Shown here: positions 22,131-31,771 of the stretch, piece after piece
How positions within the stretch are numbered: position 1 is the stretch's first letter
Layout: every line of letters begins with the position of its first letter
Assembly: GCA_046593925.1 (NCBI GenBank)
Contig: JBKJQN010000097.1
Location: 70,273 to 134,272 of the forward strand
Reading direction: 5' to 3'
Length of the DNA stretch: 64,000 nucleotides
Origin: Mycobacteriales bacterium
GTDB taxonomy: Bacteria; Actinomycetota; Actinomycetes; Mycobacteriales; SCTD01
Program-made: the position numbers and the translations under genes
Notes under the pieces: generated by a model
What the model was told of the DNA's origin: nothing
The model's database searches: none
The model's input: the letters and a program-made list of their open reading frames with translations, nothing else

Positions 22131-22154
22131 CACCGGTGGACCGCGCAGGCCCCT
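22108..22154. repeat. 21-bp direct repeat (1 mismatch) spanning the methyltransferase stop codon
   Basis: cggtggaccgcgc[g/a]ggcccct occurs at 22108-22128 and again at 22134-22154. Confidence 0.85.
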
Positions 22155-22306
22155 CCCCTTCGCGACGTCACTTCCCCTGCGTCAGGTCACCGAGAAGGCC
22201 CCTAAAAGTGCACTCCCGAAGGGGAGGCGCCGGCCAGTGATGTCACCGTGGGCCGCAGCCCGGTGATCCAGGGTGGCCGGATGTCGCTGGGGCAGCGCGG
22301 CACTTG

Positions 22307-22342
22307 CCTGGGTCGCCGGCCGGTCGGCCGAGCCGGCCCAGG
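22307..22342 (-). terminator. GC-rich hairpin 10 nt after the ftsY stop (candidate terminator, no U tract)
   Basis: cctggg...cccagg forms an outer stem with a further 2-3 bp inside and an 18-nt loop. Confidence 0.3.
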
Positions 22343-22351
22343 TGCCGGTGG

Positions 22352-23536
22352 CTAGAGGGCGACCTCGTCGCCGAGCAGCGCGTCGGCGAAGGCCTCCGGC
22401 TCGAACGGCGCCAGGTCGTCGGGCCCCTCCCCCAGGCCGATCAATTTGACGGGGATGCCGAGCTCGCGCTGCACCGCGACGACGATGCCGCCCTTGGCGG
22501 TGCCGTCCAGCTTGGTGAGCACGATCCCGGTGACGTCGACGGCCTCGGTGAACACCCGGGCCTGCACGACGCCGTTCTGGCCGGTGGTCGCGTCGAGCAC
22601 CAGCAGGGTCTCGTCGACGGGGCCGTGCTTCTCCACGACCCGCTTGACCTTGCCGAGCTCGTCCATGAGGCCGGTCTTGGTGTGCAGCCGCCCCGCGGTG
22701 TCGATCAGTACGGCATCCACCCGCGCCTCGATCCCGCGCTTGACCGCGTCGAAGGCCACGCTCGCGGGGTCGCCGCCCTCGGGCCCGCGGACGGTCTCGG
22801 CGCCGACCCGGTCCCCCCAGGTCTGCAGCTGGTCGGCAGCCGCCGCGCGGAACGTGTCGGCCGCCCCGAGCACGACGCTGCGCCCGTCAGCGACCAGCAC
22901 CCGGGCAAGCTTGCCGCAGGTGGTGGTCTTGCCGGTGCCGTTGACGCCGACGACGAGCACGACGGCGGGCCGGCCGTCCTCGTGCGGTGCGGTACGCAGC
23001 GTCCGGTCGCCGTCGCCGATCGCGCGAACGAGCTCCTCGCGCAGCAGCGGACGCATCTCACCGGTCGTACGTACGCCGTCCACGCGCACCCGGGTGCGCA
23101 GCCGGCCCACCAGCTCGGTGGTGGCCGCGACGCCCATGTCGGCGGTGAGCAGGGTGTCCTCGACCTCCTCCCAGGTGTCCTCGTCGAGGACGTCCCGGGT
23201 GAGCAGCGCGAACAGCCCGCGCCCGAGGGTGTTCTGCGACCGCGACAGGCGCGTCCGCAGCCGCGCCAGGCGGCCCGCGGTCGGCTCCGGCACGTCGTAG
23301 CGGGGGATGACCGGGTCCACCGAGACGGTGTCGGGCGGCAACGCAACGGTGTCGATCGTGCGCGTGGCGGTGTCCCGGGGCACCTCGGCGTCGTCGCCCG
23401 TGCCGGGCCGGTAGTCCACCCCCGGCCTCGGGCGGGGCTGCGGGGCGCCCCGGCGGCCCTTCGCGGACATCAGGCCGACGACCGCGACCAGGCTGACGAG
23501 GAGGATGCCGGCGAGCAGCAGGAGGAGTTCGAGCAC
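22352..23536 (-). CDS. ftsY: signal recognition particle receptor FtsY
   Basis: An N-terminal transmembrane segment MLELLLLLAGILLVSLVAVVGL is followed by an NG domain with VVGVNGTGKTTT, DTAGRLH and TKLDGTAKGG. Confidence 0.95.
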   Translation of the reverse strand: MLELLLLLAGILLVSLVAVVGLMSAKGRRGAPQPRPRPGVDYRPGTGDDAEVPRDTATRTIDTVALPPDTVSVDPVIPRYDVPEPTAGRLARLRTRLSRSQNTLGRGLFALLTRDVLDEDTWEEVEDTLLTADMGVAATTELVGRLRTRVRVDGVRTTGEMRPLLREELVRAIGDGDRTLRTAPHEDGRPAVVLVVGVNGTGKTTTCGKLARVLVADGRSVVLGAADTFRAAAADQLQTWGDRVGAETVRGPEGGDPASVAFDAVKRGIEARVDAVLIDTAGRLHTKTGLMDELGKVKRVVEKHGPVDETLLVLDATTGQNGVVQARVFTEAVDVTGIVLTKLDGTAKGGIVVAVQRELGIPVKLIGLGEGPDDLAPFEPEAFADALLGDEVAL

Positions 23537-23576
23537 GCCACAGGTCTACCTCAGCCGCGCGTGTTGGACTGGCCAG

Positions 23577-24365
23577 GTGCGCCGCGTCGTCGTCTGCCTC
23601 GCCGCCGCCCTCGCGCTCGCTGCCTGCGGGCGGCAGACCCCCGCCGCCGCGCCCGGTCCGACGGTGACCCTCGAGCAGTCGAGGGACAACGAGAACCGTC
23701 ACCTGCTGCAGGTCGTCGTCACGGCGGGTACGGCGCCGGTCATGGTGCGCGGGCTGCAGCTGCGCGGCGGCGGGTTCGTGCAGGTGCCGCCCACCCCGCG
23801 CGACGACGTCGTCGAGGCCGGCACCCGGACGGCCTTCCCGATCCCGTACGGCGAAGCGCTGTGCGAGGGCCGCCCCGCCCCGGTCGTGATGCTCGTCGAC
23901 ACCCCCGCCGGGCGGCTCGAGGTGGAGGTCGCCGACGACACGCTGCTGCCGAGGTTGCGCGCCCGCGAGTGCGCTCTGGGCACGTTGCAGCGCACCGCCT
24001 CCTTCGCGCTGGAGGGACTGCAGCGGTCCGGGCAGCAGGTCACCGGCGCCCTGCTGGTGCGGCGTACCGCGGGCGCCTCGACGGTGACCGTGAGCTCGGC
24101 CGAAGGCTCGGTCATCTTCACGCTGCGCCCCGGAGCGCTGCCGGCGATCCTGACGTCCACGCAGGTGGTCATTCCCGTCACCCTGTCGGCAGCGCGCTGC
24201 GACGCGCATGCGCTGACCGAGAGCAAGCGCACCTACAGCTTCCCGGTGTACGCCTCGCTCGACGGCGGCAAGCCGCTGTACCTGCTCGTCACGCCAGACG
24301 AAGCCGGTATCGCCCTGCTCGGCGGCCTGCTACGTGAGCAGTGCGGCGCGCTGTCCGGTGGCTGA
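23577..24365 (+). CDS. hypothetical lipoprotein
   Basis: The GTG at 23577 gives VRRVVVCLAAALALAAC, a signal peptide with a lipobox. No recognisable domain. It is convergent with smc. Confidence 0.6.
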   Translation: MRRVVVCLAAALALAACGRQTPAAAPGPTVTLEQSRDNENRHLLQVVVTAGTAPVMVRGLQLRGGGFVQVPPTPRDDVVEAGTRTAFPIPYGEALCEGRPAPVVMLVDTPAGRLEVEVADDTLLPRLRARECALGTLQRTASFALEGLQRSGQQVTGALLVRRTAGASTVTVSSAEGSVIFTLRPGALPAILTSTQVVIPVTLSAARCDAHALTESKRTYSFPVYASLDGGKPLYLLVTPDEAGIALLGGLLREQCGALSGG

Positions 24366-24372
24366 CGGGCCG

Positions 24373-27300
24373 CTACGCCGGCTCGCGTAGCCGCTGGCTG
24401 ACCACGGCGGAGACACCGTCGCCTCGCATCGTCACTCCGTACAACGCGTCGGCGATCTCCATCGTCCGCTTCTGGTGGGTGACGACGATCAGCTGGCTGC
24501 TCTCGCGCAGCCCGGTCAGCAACTCGAGCAGCCGGCCGAGGTTGCGGTCGTCGAGAGCCGCCTCGACCTCGTCCAGCACGTAGAAGGGCGACGGCCGGGC
24601 CCGGAAGATGGCCACCAGCAGCGCGATCGCGGTCAGCGAGCGCTCGCCACCGGACAGCAGCGACAGACGTGAGACCTTCTTGCCGGCCGGCCGGGCCAGC
24701 ACCTCGATGCCGGTGGCGAGCATGTCGTCCGGCTCGGTCAGCACCAGTCGGCCCTCGCCGCCGGGGAACAGCGCCGCGAAGACCTGTACGAACTCGCGGG
24801 CAGTGTCCTCGAACGCCGCCGCGAAGACGTCGTGGATACGGTCGTCGACCTGCTTGACGACGGTCAGCAGGTCCCTGCGGGTGTCCCGCAGGTCCTCCAG
24901 CTGGGTGCTGAGGAAGGCCGCGCGTTCCTCCAGGGAGGCGTACTCCTCGAGGGCGAGCGCGTTGACCCGCCCCAGCTGGGCGAGCGCACGCTCCGCCGTC
25001 GCTGCCCGGCGCTCCTGCACCGCCCGGTCGTACGGCGCGGGCTCGCCTTCCGTGGGCACCGGCACCGACGGGCCGTACTCGGCCAGCAGGCGGTCCAGTG
25101 GCACCGCCCACTCCTGTTCGGCGCGCTGCTCGAGCGTCTCGATGCGCAGGCGCTGCTCGGTGCGCGCAACCTCGTCGCGGTGCACCACGTCGGTGAGCTG
25201 GTCGAGGTCGGCGGCCGACTGCCGCGAACGGAGTCGCAGCGCGGCCAGCTCCGCGTCGGTGGACGCCCTGGCGGTGGCCGCCTCGTCGCGCTCGGTCGCT
25301 GCCAGGACCATCGACTGCTCGACGGCCGCAAGGGCGAGCTGTGCTGCTTCGACGACGCCGTTGGCCACGGCTGCACCACGCCCTCGCCGGGCTGTGACGT
25401 CGAGGAGCTGCTCGCGCGCCGCGCGTTCGGCCCGGGCGGCCCGTTCGAGCGACTCCGCGCGGCCGCTCAGCCCCCGGGCGCGCTCCTCACCGGTGCGTAC
25501 GGCGAGCCGGGCCTCGACCTCGGCGGCGCGCGCGGCGCTCGCGTCGGCGGCCAGCCGGTCCCGTACCTGCGTCGGCGGGTCGGCCCCGACCCGGTCACGG
25601 TCGAGCGGGTCCCCGCCGACCGAGTCCCCGTCGAGCGAGTCCCTTCCGACCGGGGCCGCCTCGGCCGCCGCGAGCCGTTCCTCGAGCTCGGCCAGCCCGC
25701 CCAGGTCACGGTCGCGGGCCTGTTCGGCGGCCACCCGGGCCTGCTGCAGCCGGCCGGCCTCGGCCTGTCCGGCGCGGCCCTGCGAGGCCAGCAGGCCGAG
25801 CTGCTCGGCCAGCGCGGCCATCCGGGCGTCGCTGCTGTTGAGCTCGGTGAGCGCTGCGTCGACCTCGCTGCACGCAGCCGCGACGGTCGCCCTGACGCCC
25901 GCGACCTCGAAGCCGAGGCGCTCCTGCCGGCGCTGCGCCTCGTCCTGGCGGCCGGCGGCCTCGTCGAGGGCCGCCTGGGTCTCGAGCAGCGACGGCGCGC
26001 CGGCCGATCCGCCCGCAGCCCAGTCGGCGCCCAGCAGGTCGCCATCCGCCGTGACTGCCCGCAGCCCGCTCTCGGCGAGCTGCTGGGCCTGCCCGAGGTT
26101 TGGTACGACCGCGACGCGGCGCAGCAGCCGCGCGAGCGTCGGTCGGAGCGCCGCGGGAGCCTCCACGAGGTCGAGGGCCCAGCAGGCGCCCTCCGGCAGG
26201 CTCGGCAGGAGTTCGTCGGGGTCGTCCGCAGCACCGCCGATCAGCAGCCCGGCCCGGCCCGCGTCGTCGCGGCGCAACCGACCGAGGGCCTCGGCGGCGG
26301 TGGCGGGGGAGTCGACTGCCACAGCGTCGGCGACGGCGCCGAGCGCGGCGGCGATGGCGGCCTCGGCGCCCGGCTGGACGCGAAGCAACGCCGCGACGGT
26401 CCCGAGCACACCCTCGAGCCCACCCGCCAGCAGCGCGCCGCAGCCGTCCTTGCGCGCCAGCGACATGCCCAGCGCGTCCCGGCGCGCCGCCCAGGTGGAG
26501 CGATCGCGCTCGGCGTCGCGCTCATCGGCCTGCAGGGCGAGCAGTGCGCCCTGCGCCCGGTCGAGCGCCGTGGCAGCTGCCTCGTGCCGGGCATCGAGGC
26601 CGACCTCACCCTCGTCGAGGCCACCGGCCTGCTCCCGGAGCGCCGCCAGCTCCGCGTGCGCCCGCGCGGCGCGGCTGGTCGCCTCTCCCAACGCAGCGGC
26701 CAGCCGGCCAAGCTCGGCCTTCACCGCGGCGGACCGCGAGCGCAGCGCCCCGACCTGCCCACGCAGCCGGGCCAGGCCCTCGCGCCGGTCCGCGACGGCC
26801 CGGACGGCGGCGACCAGGGCGCGCTCCTGCGACGCGAGCGACGCCTCGACTTCGGTACGCCGGGCGACCGCGTCGCAGAGCAGCTCGGCGTCAGCGACGA
26901 GCCGGCGGCCGAGCTCGGCCTCCTGCTCACGGGCCACGACGGCCTCGCGGTCCAGCGCCTCCGGGTCCCGGCCCGGCCGGCCCGGCTCCGGCGGCGCCGC
27001 GGTCAGGTGCCGACGGCGCTCCGCGGCGAGCGTGGCCGTACCCCGCAACCGCTCCTGCTGCGCCGACAGGCGGTACCAGGTGTCCTGCGCGCCCGCGTGC
27101 CGCGGGGCCGCGACGGCGAGGGCGGCGTCGAGCTCGCTCTCCCGGGCCTGCAGCTGGGCGAGCGCGACCTCGGCGGTGGCCCGACGCTCACGCAGCGCGG
27201 TCTCGTCGCGGACCTCCGCCTCGAGCGCGCTGCGCGAGGTCACCAGGTCGTCGGCGAGCAGCCGCAGGCGGGCGTCGCGATGGTCGGCCTGCACCTGCTG

Positions 27301-27945
27301 GGCCCGCCGGGCCACCTCCGCCTGGCGACCCAGTGGCTTGAGCTGGCGGCGTAGCTCGACGGTCAGGTCGGTGAGCCGGGTCAGGTTGGCCTGCATCGCG
27401 TCCAGCTTGCGCAGGGCCTTTTCCTTGCGCTTCTTGTGCTTCAGGACCCCGGCGGCCTCCTCGATGAACGCCCGGCGCTCCTCCGGCCGCGCCGACAGCA
27501 CAGCATCGAGCTGGCCCTGCCCGACCACGACGTGCAGCTCGCGGCCGATCCCGCTGTCGCTCATCAGCTCCTGGACGTCGACGAGTCGGCAGCGGTCGCC
27601 GTTGATGGCGTACTCCGACTCCCCCGAACGAAACATCAGCCGCCGGACGGACACCTCGGTGTACTCGATGGGCAGCGCCCCGTCGGCGTTGTCGATCGTC
27701 AACGTCACCTCGGCCCGCCCGAGCGGCGGCTTGCCGGGCGAACCCGCAAAGATGACGTCCTCCATCTTCCCACCGCGCAGCGCCTTCGCGCCCTGCTCCC
27801 CGAGCACCCACGCCATCGCGTCGACGACGTTGCTCTTGCCCGTGGCGTTGGGCCCGACGACGCAGGTGATGCCGGGCTCGAAGCGCAGCGTGGTCGGCGC
27901 CGCGAAGGACTTGAAGCCCTTCATCGTGAGGCTCTTGAGGTGCAC
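24373..27945 (-). CDS. smc: chromosome segregation protein SMC
   Basis: 1190 aa. It has N-terminal Walker A GPNATGKSN, long coiled coils, a central hinge, and the C-terminal signature LSGGERSLTAIALL with Walker B FYVLDEVEAALD. Confidence 0.95.
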   Translation of the reverse strand: MHLKSLTMKGFKSFAAPTTLRFEPGITCVVGPNATGKSNVVDAMAWVLGEQGAKALRGGKMEDVIFAGSPGKPPLGRAEVTLTIDNADGALPIEYTEVSVRRLMFRSGESEYAINGDRCRLVDVQELMSDSGIGRELHVVVGQGQLDAVLSARPEERRAFIEEAAGVLKHKKRKEKALRKLDAMQANLTRLTDLTVELRRQLKPLGRQAEVARRAQQVQADHRDARLRLLADDLVTSRSALEAEVRDETALRERRATAEVALAQLQARESELDAALAVAAPRHAGAQDTWYRLSAQQERLRGTATLAAERRRHLTAAPPEPGRPGRDPEALDREAVVAREQEAELGRRLVADAELLCDAVARRTEVEASLASQERALVAAVRAVADRREGLARLRGQVGALRSRSAAVKAELGRLAAALGEATSRAARAHAELAALREQAGGLDEGEVGLDARHEAAATALDRAQGALLALQADERDAERDRSTWAARRDALGMSLARKDGCGALLAGGLEGVLGTVAALLRVQPGAEAAIAAALGAVADAVAVDSPATAAEALGRLRRDDAGRAGLLIGGAADDPDELLPSLPEGACWALDLVEAPAALRPTLARLLRRVAVVPNLGQAQQLAESGLRAVTADGDLLGADWAAGGSAGAPSLLETQAALDEAAGRQDEAQRRQERLGFEVAGVRATVAAACSEVDAALTELNSSDARMAALAEQLGLLASQGRAGQAEAGRLQQARVAAEQARDRDLGGLAELEERLAAAEAAPVGRDSLDGDSVGGDPLDRDRVGADPPTQVRDRLAADASAARAAEVEARLAVRTGEERARGLSGRAESLERAARAERAAREQLLDVTARRGRGAAVANGVVEAAQLALAAVEQSMVLAATERDEAATARASTDAELAALRLRSRQSAADLDQLTDVVHRDEVARTEQRLRIETLEQRAEQEWAVPLDRLLAEYGPSVPVPTEGEPAPYDRAVQERRAATAERALAQLGRVNALALEEYASLEERAAFLSTQLEDLRDTRRDLLTVVKQVDDRIHDVFAAAFEDTAREFVQVFAALFPGGEGRLVLTEPDDMLATGIEVLARPAGKKVSRLSLLSGGERSLTAIALLVAIFRARPSPFYVLDEVEAALDDRNLGRLLELLTGLRESSQLIVVTHQKRTMEIADALYGVTMRGDGVSAVVSQRLREPA

Positions 27946-28171
27946 GGGCGCAGGCTAGCGGCGCGGGGCGGCCTGTTCACGGACCTTCGCGACGCGCCGC
28001 GCCAGCACCGTGCGGCGTACGTCGCGCCGCTGGGTGCCGCTCACCGGCAGCGCGACCATCGCCAGGACCAGCGCGCTACGGCCCTCAGACCGCCATGCCT
28101 GCCTGCGCGCGACCCGCAGGGCGACTGCCCGGGAGCTCACGCGAGCGCCCGGGCCCCACCGGACATGACGA

Positions 28172-28197
28172 AGGGCGCCCCGGTCGGGGGACGCCCT
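28172..28197 (-). terminator. strong GC hairpin downstream of the small coiled-coil gene
   Basis: The minus strand reads AGGGCGUCCCCC-GACC-GGGGCGCCCU, a 10-bp stem with one bulge. It begins 19 nt after the stop at 28216 and is followed by UUCGUCAU. Confidence 0.45.
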
Positions 28198-28215
28198 CGT
28201 AGTTCGGGAAAAGGA

Positions 28216-28422
28216 TCAGGTCAGCGCAGGTTCGCTGCCCTGCAGGTTGAGCGTACGCAGATCGTCCTCGACCGTCAGCGACGCGGCGAGCGCGTCGCTG
28301 GTCGCGTGGGCGAGCTCCAGCTCGGTCTCCAGCACCGCGATGCGTGCCCGCAGCCGGCGGACCTCCGCGGCGAGCCGGAGGTCGCTGCCTACACCGGTGT
28401 AACCGAACAGGGCCTTGGCCAT
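28216..28422 (-). CDS. small conserved coiled-coil protein (68 aa)
   Basis: A strong ribosome-binding site GGAGGACAGCC precedes the ATG. MAKALFGYTGVGSDLRLAAEVRRLRARIAVLETELE looks like the small protein often found near smc in actinobacteria. Function unknown. Confidence 0.65.
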   Translation of the reverse strand: MAKALFGYTGVGSDLRLAAEVRRLRARIAVLETELELAHATSDALAASLTVEDDLRTLNLQGSEPALT

Positions 28423-28555
28423 GGCTGTCCTCCGCGTCGAGGGGGTGGTCCGGCAGCGAGCTCGTGGCCACCGCTACCAATGCCTCAGGATGGCACGCTG
28501 AGCCCCCCCTAGTCAAGGTCGCCGTCACCGCGCCGTGACCTTGCGTAGGCCCCCG

Positions 28556-28837
28556 TCAGCGCTCAAGGAAGCCCGTCAGACCACCCCTGGACTCGCCCCA
28601 CCAGCTCCCCACCCGGGTCACCCGGCCGGGGGCACCGGGGCCGGTCAGCAGCGCAGCCAGCCGGGCGCAGGCATCCCGGCCCCCCTCCGCGACGACCTCC
28701 ACGCGCCCATCAGCGAGATTGGTCGCCGAACCCACCAGTCCCAGCTCGAGGGCCCGGGCGCGGGTCCACCAGCGAAAGCCGACGCCCTGGACGTCCCCAC
28801 CGACGCGGAGGGTGAGCCGTACCGGCTCGGGGGTCAA
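28556..28837 (-). CDS. acyP: acylphosphatase
   Basis: [36 protein letters not shown] is the acylphosphatase signature. The TTG start at 28837 overlaps the mutM stop (TTGA). Confidence 0.8.
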   Translation of the reverse strand: MTPEPVRLTLRVGGDVQGVGFRWWTRARALELGLVGSATNLADGRVEVVAEGGRDACARLAALLTGPGAPGRVTRVGSWWGESRGGLTGFLER

Positions 28838-29685
28838 CGAGGCAGCCGCGGCCGCGGTTGGCAGCGGGGGCAGCTGAACGACGAGCGGTTCATGAAGACC
28901 TCCCGCCGGATCGCGGTGCCGCAGCGCTCGCACGGCTCACCTCGGCGCCCGTAGGCGTTCAGCGACCGCTCGTACAGCCCGCTGACGCCCTCGGTCGAGA
29001 CGTACAGCGCGTCGAAACTCGTCCCGCCCTGCTGCAAGGACTCGCCGAGCACCGCGCGGGCGTGTCCGAGCAGCTCGCGGGCCTGCGGCCGGGTCAGCCG
29101 CTCCGTCGGGCGGCCGCCGTGCAGCCGGGCCCGCCAGAGCGACTCGTCGGCGTAGATGTTGCCGATCCCTGACACCAGGGTCTGGTCGAGCAGCGCCCGT
29201 TTGACGCCGGTACGCCTCGCCCGGAGCCGGTTTACGAACTCCTCGTCGTCGAACAGCGGGTCCAGCGGGTCGCGCGCGATGTGCGCGACGGTCGACGGCA
29301 GGACGGCTCCGCCCGCCACCACGGCCAGACCGCCGAACGTCCGCTGGTCGACGAAGCGCAGCTCATGGCCGGCGTCGGTGAAGGCGAACCTCACCCGCAG
29401 GTGCACCTCGGTGGGCTCCTCGAGGGGCTTGACGAGCAGCTGGCCGCTCATCCCCAGGTGCCCGGTCAGCGCGTCGCCGGAGTCCAGCGGCAGCCACAGG
29501 TACTTGCCTCGCCGCAACGCCCCGGTGACGGTCCGGCCCGCCAGCAGCGCCGCGAAGTCCGCCGCCCCCGCCAGGTGCCGGCGCACAGCCCGCGGGTGGG
29601 CCACCTCGACACCGGCGATCGTCCGCCCGACGACGCCGCGGGCAAGGCCGCGCCGGACCACCTCGACCTCAGGCAGCTCCGGCAC
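28834..29685 (-). CDS. mutM: formamidopyrimidine-DNA glycosylase
   Basis: An N-terminal (M)PELPEVE is present together with a C-terminal zinc finger [10 protein letters not shown]......SSFSCPRCQ. Start codon is GTG. Confidence 0.9.
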   Translation of the reverse strand: MPELPEVEVVRRGLARGVVGRTIAGVEVAHPRAVRRHLAGAADFAALLAGRTVTGALRRGKYLWLPLDSGDALTGHLGMSGQLLVKPLEEPTEVHLRVRFAFTDAGHELRFVDQRTFGGLAVVAGGAVLPSTVAHIARDPLDPLFDDEEFVNRLRARRTGVKRALLDQTLVSGIGNIYADESLWRARLHGGRPTERLTRPQARELLGHARAVLGESLQQGGTSFDALYVSTEGVSGLYERSLNAYGRRGEPCERCGTAIRREVFMNRSSFSCPRCQPRPRLPR

Positions 29686-30377
29686 TAGCGGCTGGGCCCG
29701 AGCGCCATCGCCGCGAGCCGGGCCGCGATCTGCTCGGCCTCCTTCTTGCTGCCGCCCTCACCCTCGCCGAGCAGCCGGCCCCCCACCAGAGCGCGCGCGG
29801 TGAAGCGCTTGGCGTGGTCGGGCCCGGTCTCGGCCAGGGCGTACTCCGGGACGCCGTGGCCGCCGGCAGCGGTGAGCTCCTGCAGCGCGGTCTTCCAGTC
29901 GGTGGCCGAGTCGTCCTTCGCCACGGCGGCCATCAGCGGGCCGAACAGCCGGTGCACCACCCCGGCCGCGCCGGGCAGCCCGCGCTCCAGGTAGACCGCG
30001 CCGAGCACCGCCTCCATCGTGTCGGCCAGCAGCGAGTTCTTATCGCGCCCGCCAGTGGCCTGCTCGCCCTTGCCGAGGCGCAGCCACGCGCCCAGGCCGA
30101 GTGTGCGGGCGACGCCGGCCAGCGCCCGGGTGTTGACGATGCCGGCGCGCAGCTTGGCCAGCTGGCCCTCCGCCAGGTCGGGGTGCGTGCTGTAGAGGGC
30201 GTCGGTGACGACCAGCCCGAGCACCGCGTCGCCGAGGAACTCCAGCCGCTCATTGGTCGGCAGCCCGCCGTTCTCGTACGCGAACGAGCGGTGCGTCAGG
30301 GCCTGCTCGAGCAGACCGGGCGACAAGCCGGTGCCCAGCGCCGCCTCCAGCCGGGTGTACGCGGTGCGCGGACTCAC
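29685..30377 (-). CDS. rnc: ribonuclease III
   Basis: It has the signature [13 protein letters not shown] and a C-terminal dsRBD ([10 protein letters not shown]...[13 protein letters not shown]). Start codon is GTG. Confidence 0.9.
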   Translation of the reverse strand: MSPRTAYTRLEAALGTGLSPGLLEQALTHRSFAYENGGLPTNERLEFLGDAVLGLVVTDALYSTHPDLAEGQLAKLRAGIVNTRALAGVARTLGLGAWLRLGKGEQATGGRDKNSLLADTMEAVLGAVYLERGLPGAAGVVHRLFGPLMAAVAKDDSATDWKTALQELTAAGGHGVPEYALAETGPDHAKRFTARALVGGRLLGEGEGGSKKEAEQIAARLAAMALGPSR

Positions 30378-30385
30378 CGCAGGCC

Positions 30386-30424
30386 GCTCACAGTCGGGCG
30401 CTCACAGTCGGGCGCTCACAGTCG
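30386..30424. repeat. 14-bp tandem repeat (2.8 copies) bridging the ACP-like stop codon and the rnc start
   Basis: gctcacagtcgggc occurs at 30386-99 and 30400-13, followed by gctcacagtcg at 30414-24. The ACP-like stop (30416-18) lies in the last copy. Confidence 0.9.
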
Positions 30425-30685
30425 ACTGACCGCGAGGTCGACGGCCTCGCCCACGGTGGTGAGGCCGTCCAGTTCCTCGTCCTCGATGTGGAAGCCGGCG
30501 GGCACCTGCGGGGCGAGCGCCTCCTCGACGATCTCGACGATCTCCACCAGGGCGAGGGAGTCGGCCCGGAGGTCCTCGACGAACCGGGTCGCGCGCGTCA
30601 CCGTCGCGGGGTCGAGCTCGAGCACCGTCGCGCAGGCCTGCTGCACGAGCGCCAGCACGTCCTCGCCGGTCAGGGATGCAGTCAC
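30416..30685 (-). CDS. acyl carrier protein-like (phosphopantetheine-attachment) protein
   Basis: 89 aa and acidic. F.EDLRADSLALVEIVEIVEE carries the DSL Ser attachment motif. The GTG start overlaps the plsX stop (GTGA). Confidence 0.75.
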   Translation of the reverse strand: MTASLTGEDVLALVQQACATVLELDPATVTRATRFVEDLRADSLALVEIVEIVEEALAPQVPAGFHIEDEELDGLTTVGEAVDLAVSRL

Positions 30686-31704
30686 GGGGCCACGCTCGCA
30701 TGCCGGTCGACGAGTGCGCCGAGCGCCTCGCCGAGCCGCGGGACCAGCCCCTCCCGGACGGCCTGCGCCGCCACGGCGATACAGCTGGCCACAGCCCGCG
30801 GCGACGAGGCGCCGTGGCCGGCGACACAGACGCCCTTGACCCCGAGCAGGAAACCACCACCGAACGCGTCGGGCGACATCCGGTCGGTGACCTCGAACAG
30901 GGCCGGCAGCAGCTCCCCGGCGGCCGCCCGACGCTCGGGGGTCGAGGTGAAGGCCTCGCGCAGCACCTCGGTGAGCATGCTGGCCGCGCCTTCGAGGCCC
31001 TTGGCGAGCACGTTGCCGGTGAAGCCGTCGGTGACCACGACGTCCGCGACGCCGCCGTGCGGGACGTCACCGCCTTCGACGCTGCCGACGTAGCGCACGG
31101 GCAGTGCGGCGAGTAGCGCGTCGGTCTGCTTGCGCAGCAGGTCGCCCTTGCCGGACTCCTCGCCGATCGTCAGCAACCCGACCCGAGGGTCAGGCAGCCC
31201 GAGCCGGACCTGGGCGAGCGCGGCCCCGGCGAGCGCGAACTGCGCGAGCAGCGCAGGGGTCGCGTCGACGCTTGCGCCGGCGTCGAGGAACACCAGCGGA
31301 CCTGCCCTGGCCGGGATGACGACCGCTAGCGCCGGTCGGGCGATGCCGCGCAGCCGGCCCACGGTGAACACGGCCGCAGCGAGCAGGGCGCCGGTCGAAC
31401 CGATCGAGACGACGGCGTCGGCGGCGCCGTCGCGGACCAGTCGGGCGGCGACCCGCACGGTCGCGTCGCGCTTGCTGCGGACCGCCCGGGCGGGCTCCTC
31501 GTCCATGCCCACGACCTGACTGGCGGCGACCACCTCGAAGCGGCCGACGGCGTCACGTGCGGCGAGCAGCCGCGCGGCGACGTCGGGCGGCCCGACGAGC
31601 ATGACCTGCACACCGGGCTGCTCGTCGGCGACCAGCAGCGCCCCGTCGACGACCGCGCCGGGGGCGCTGTCACCCCCGAGCAGGTCCAGGGCGACCCGGA
31701 CCAC
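30682..31704 (-). CDS. plsX: phosphate acyltransferase PlsX
   Basis: VALDLLGGDSAP, the GS-rich core, TDGFTGNVLAKGLEG and the overall 340 aa length match PlsX. Confidence 0.9.
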   Translation of the reverse strand: MVRVALDLLGGDSAPGAVVDGALLVADEQPGVQVMLVGPPDVAARLLAARDAVGRFEVVAASQVVGMDEEPARAVRSKRDATVRVAARLVRDGAADAVVSIGSTGALLAAAVFTVGRLRGIARPALAVVIPARAGPLVFLDAGASVDATPALLAQFALAGAALAQVRLGLPDPRVGLLTIGEESGKGDLLRKQTDALLAALPVRYVGSVEGGDVPHGGVADVVVTDGFTGNVLAKGLEGAASMLTEVLREAFTSTPERRAAAGELLPALFEVTDRMSPDAFGGGFLLGVKGVCVAGHGASSPRAVASCIAVAAQAVREGLVPRLGEALGALVDRHASVAP

Positions 31705-31771
31705 AGGCAGCGCGGGACCATCCGGCGCGGAACCGCTCAGGGGAATGTCGCAGGGCCTGAATGTTGGTGCG

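Noticed and set aside
24608-27958. 1116-aa plus-strand ORF
   Set aside because: It is antisense to the unmistakable smc gene. The product is a Ser/Ala/Arg low-complexity string.
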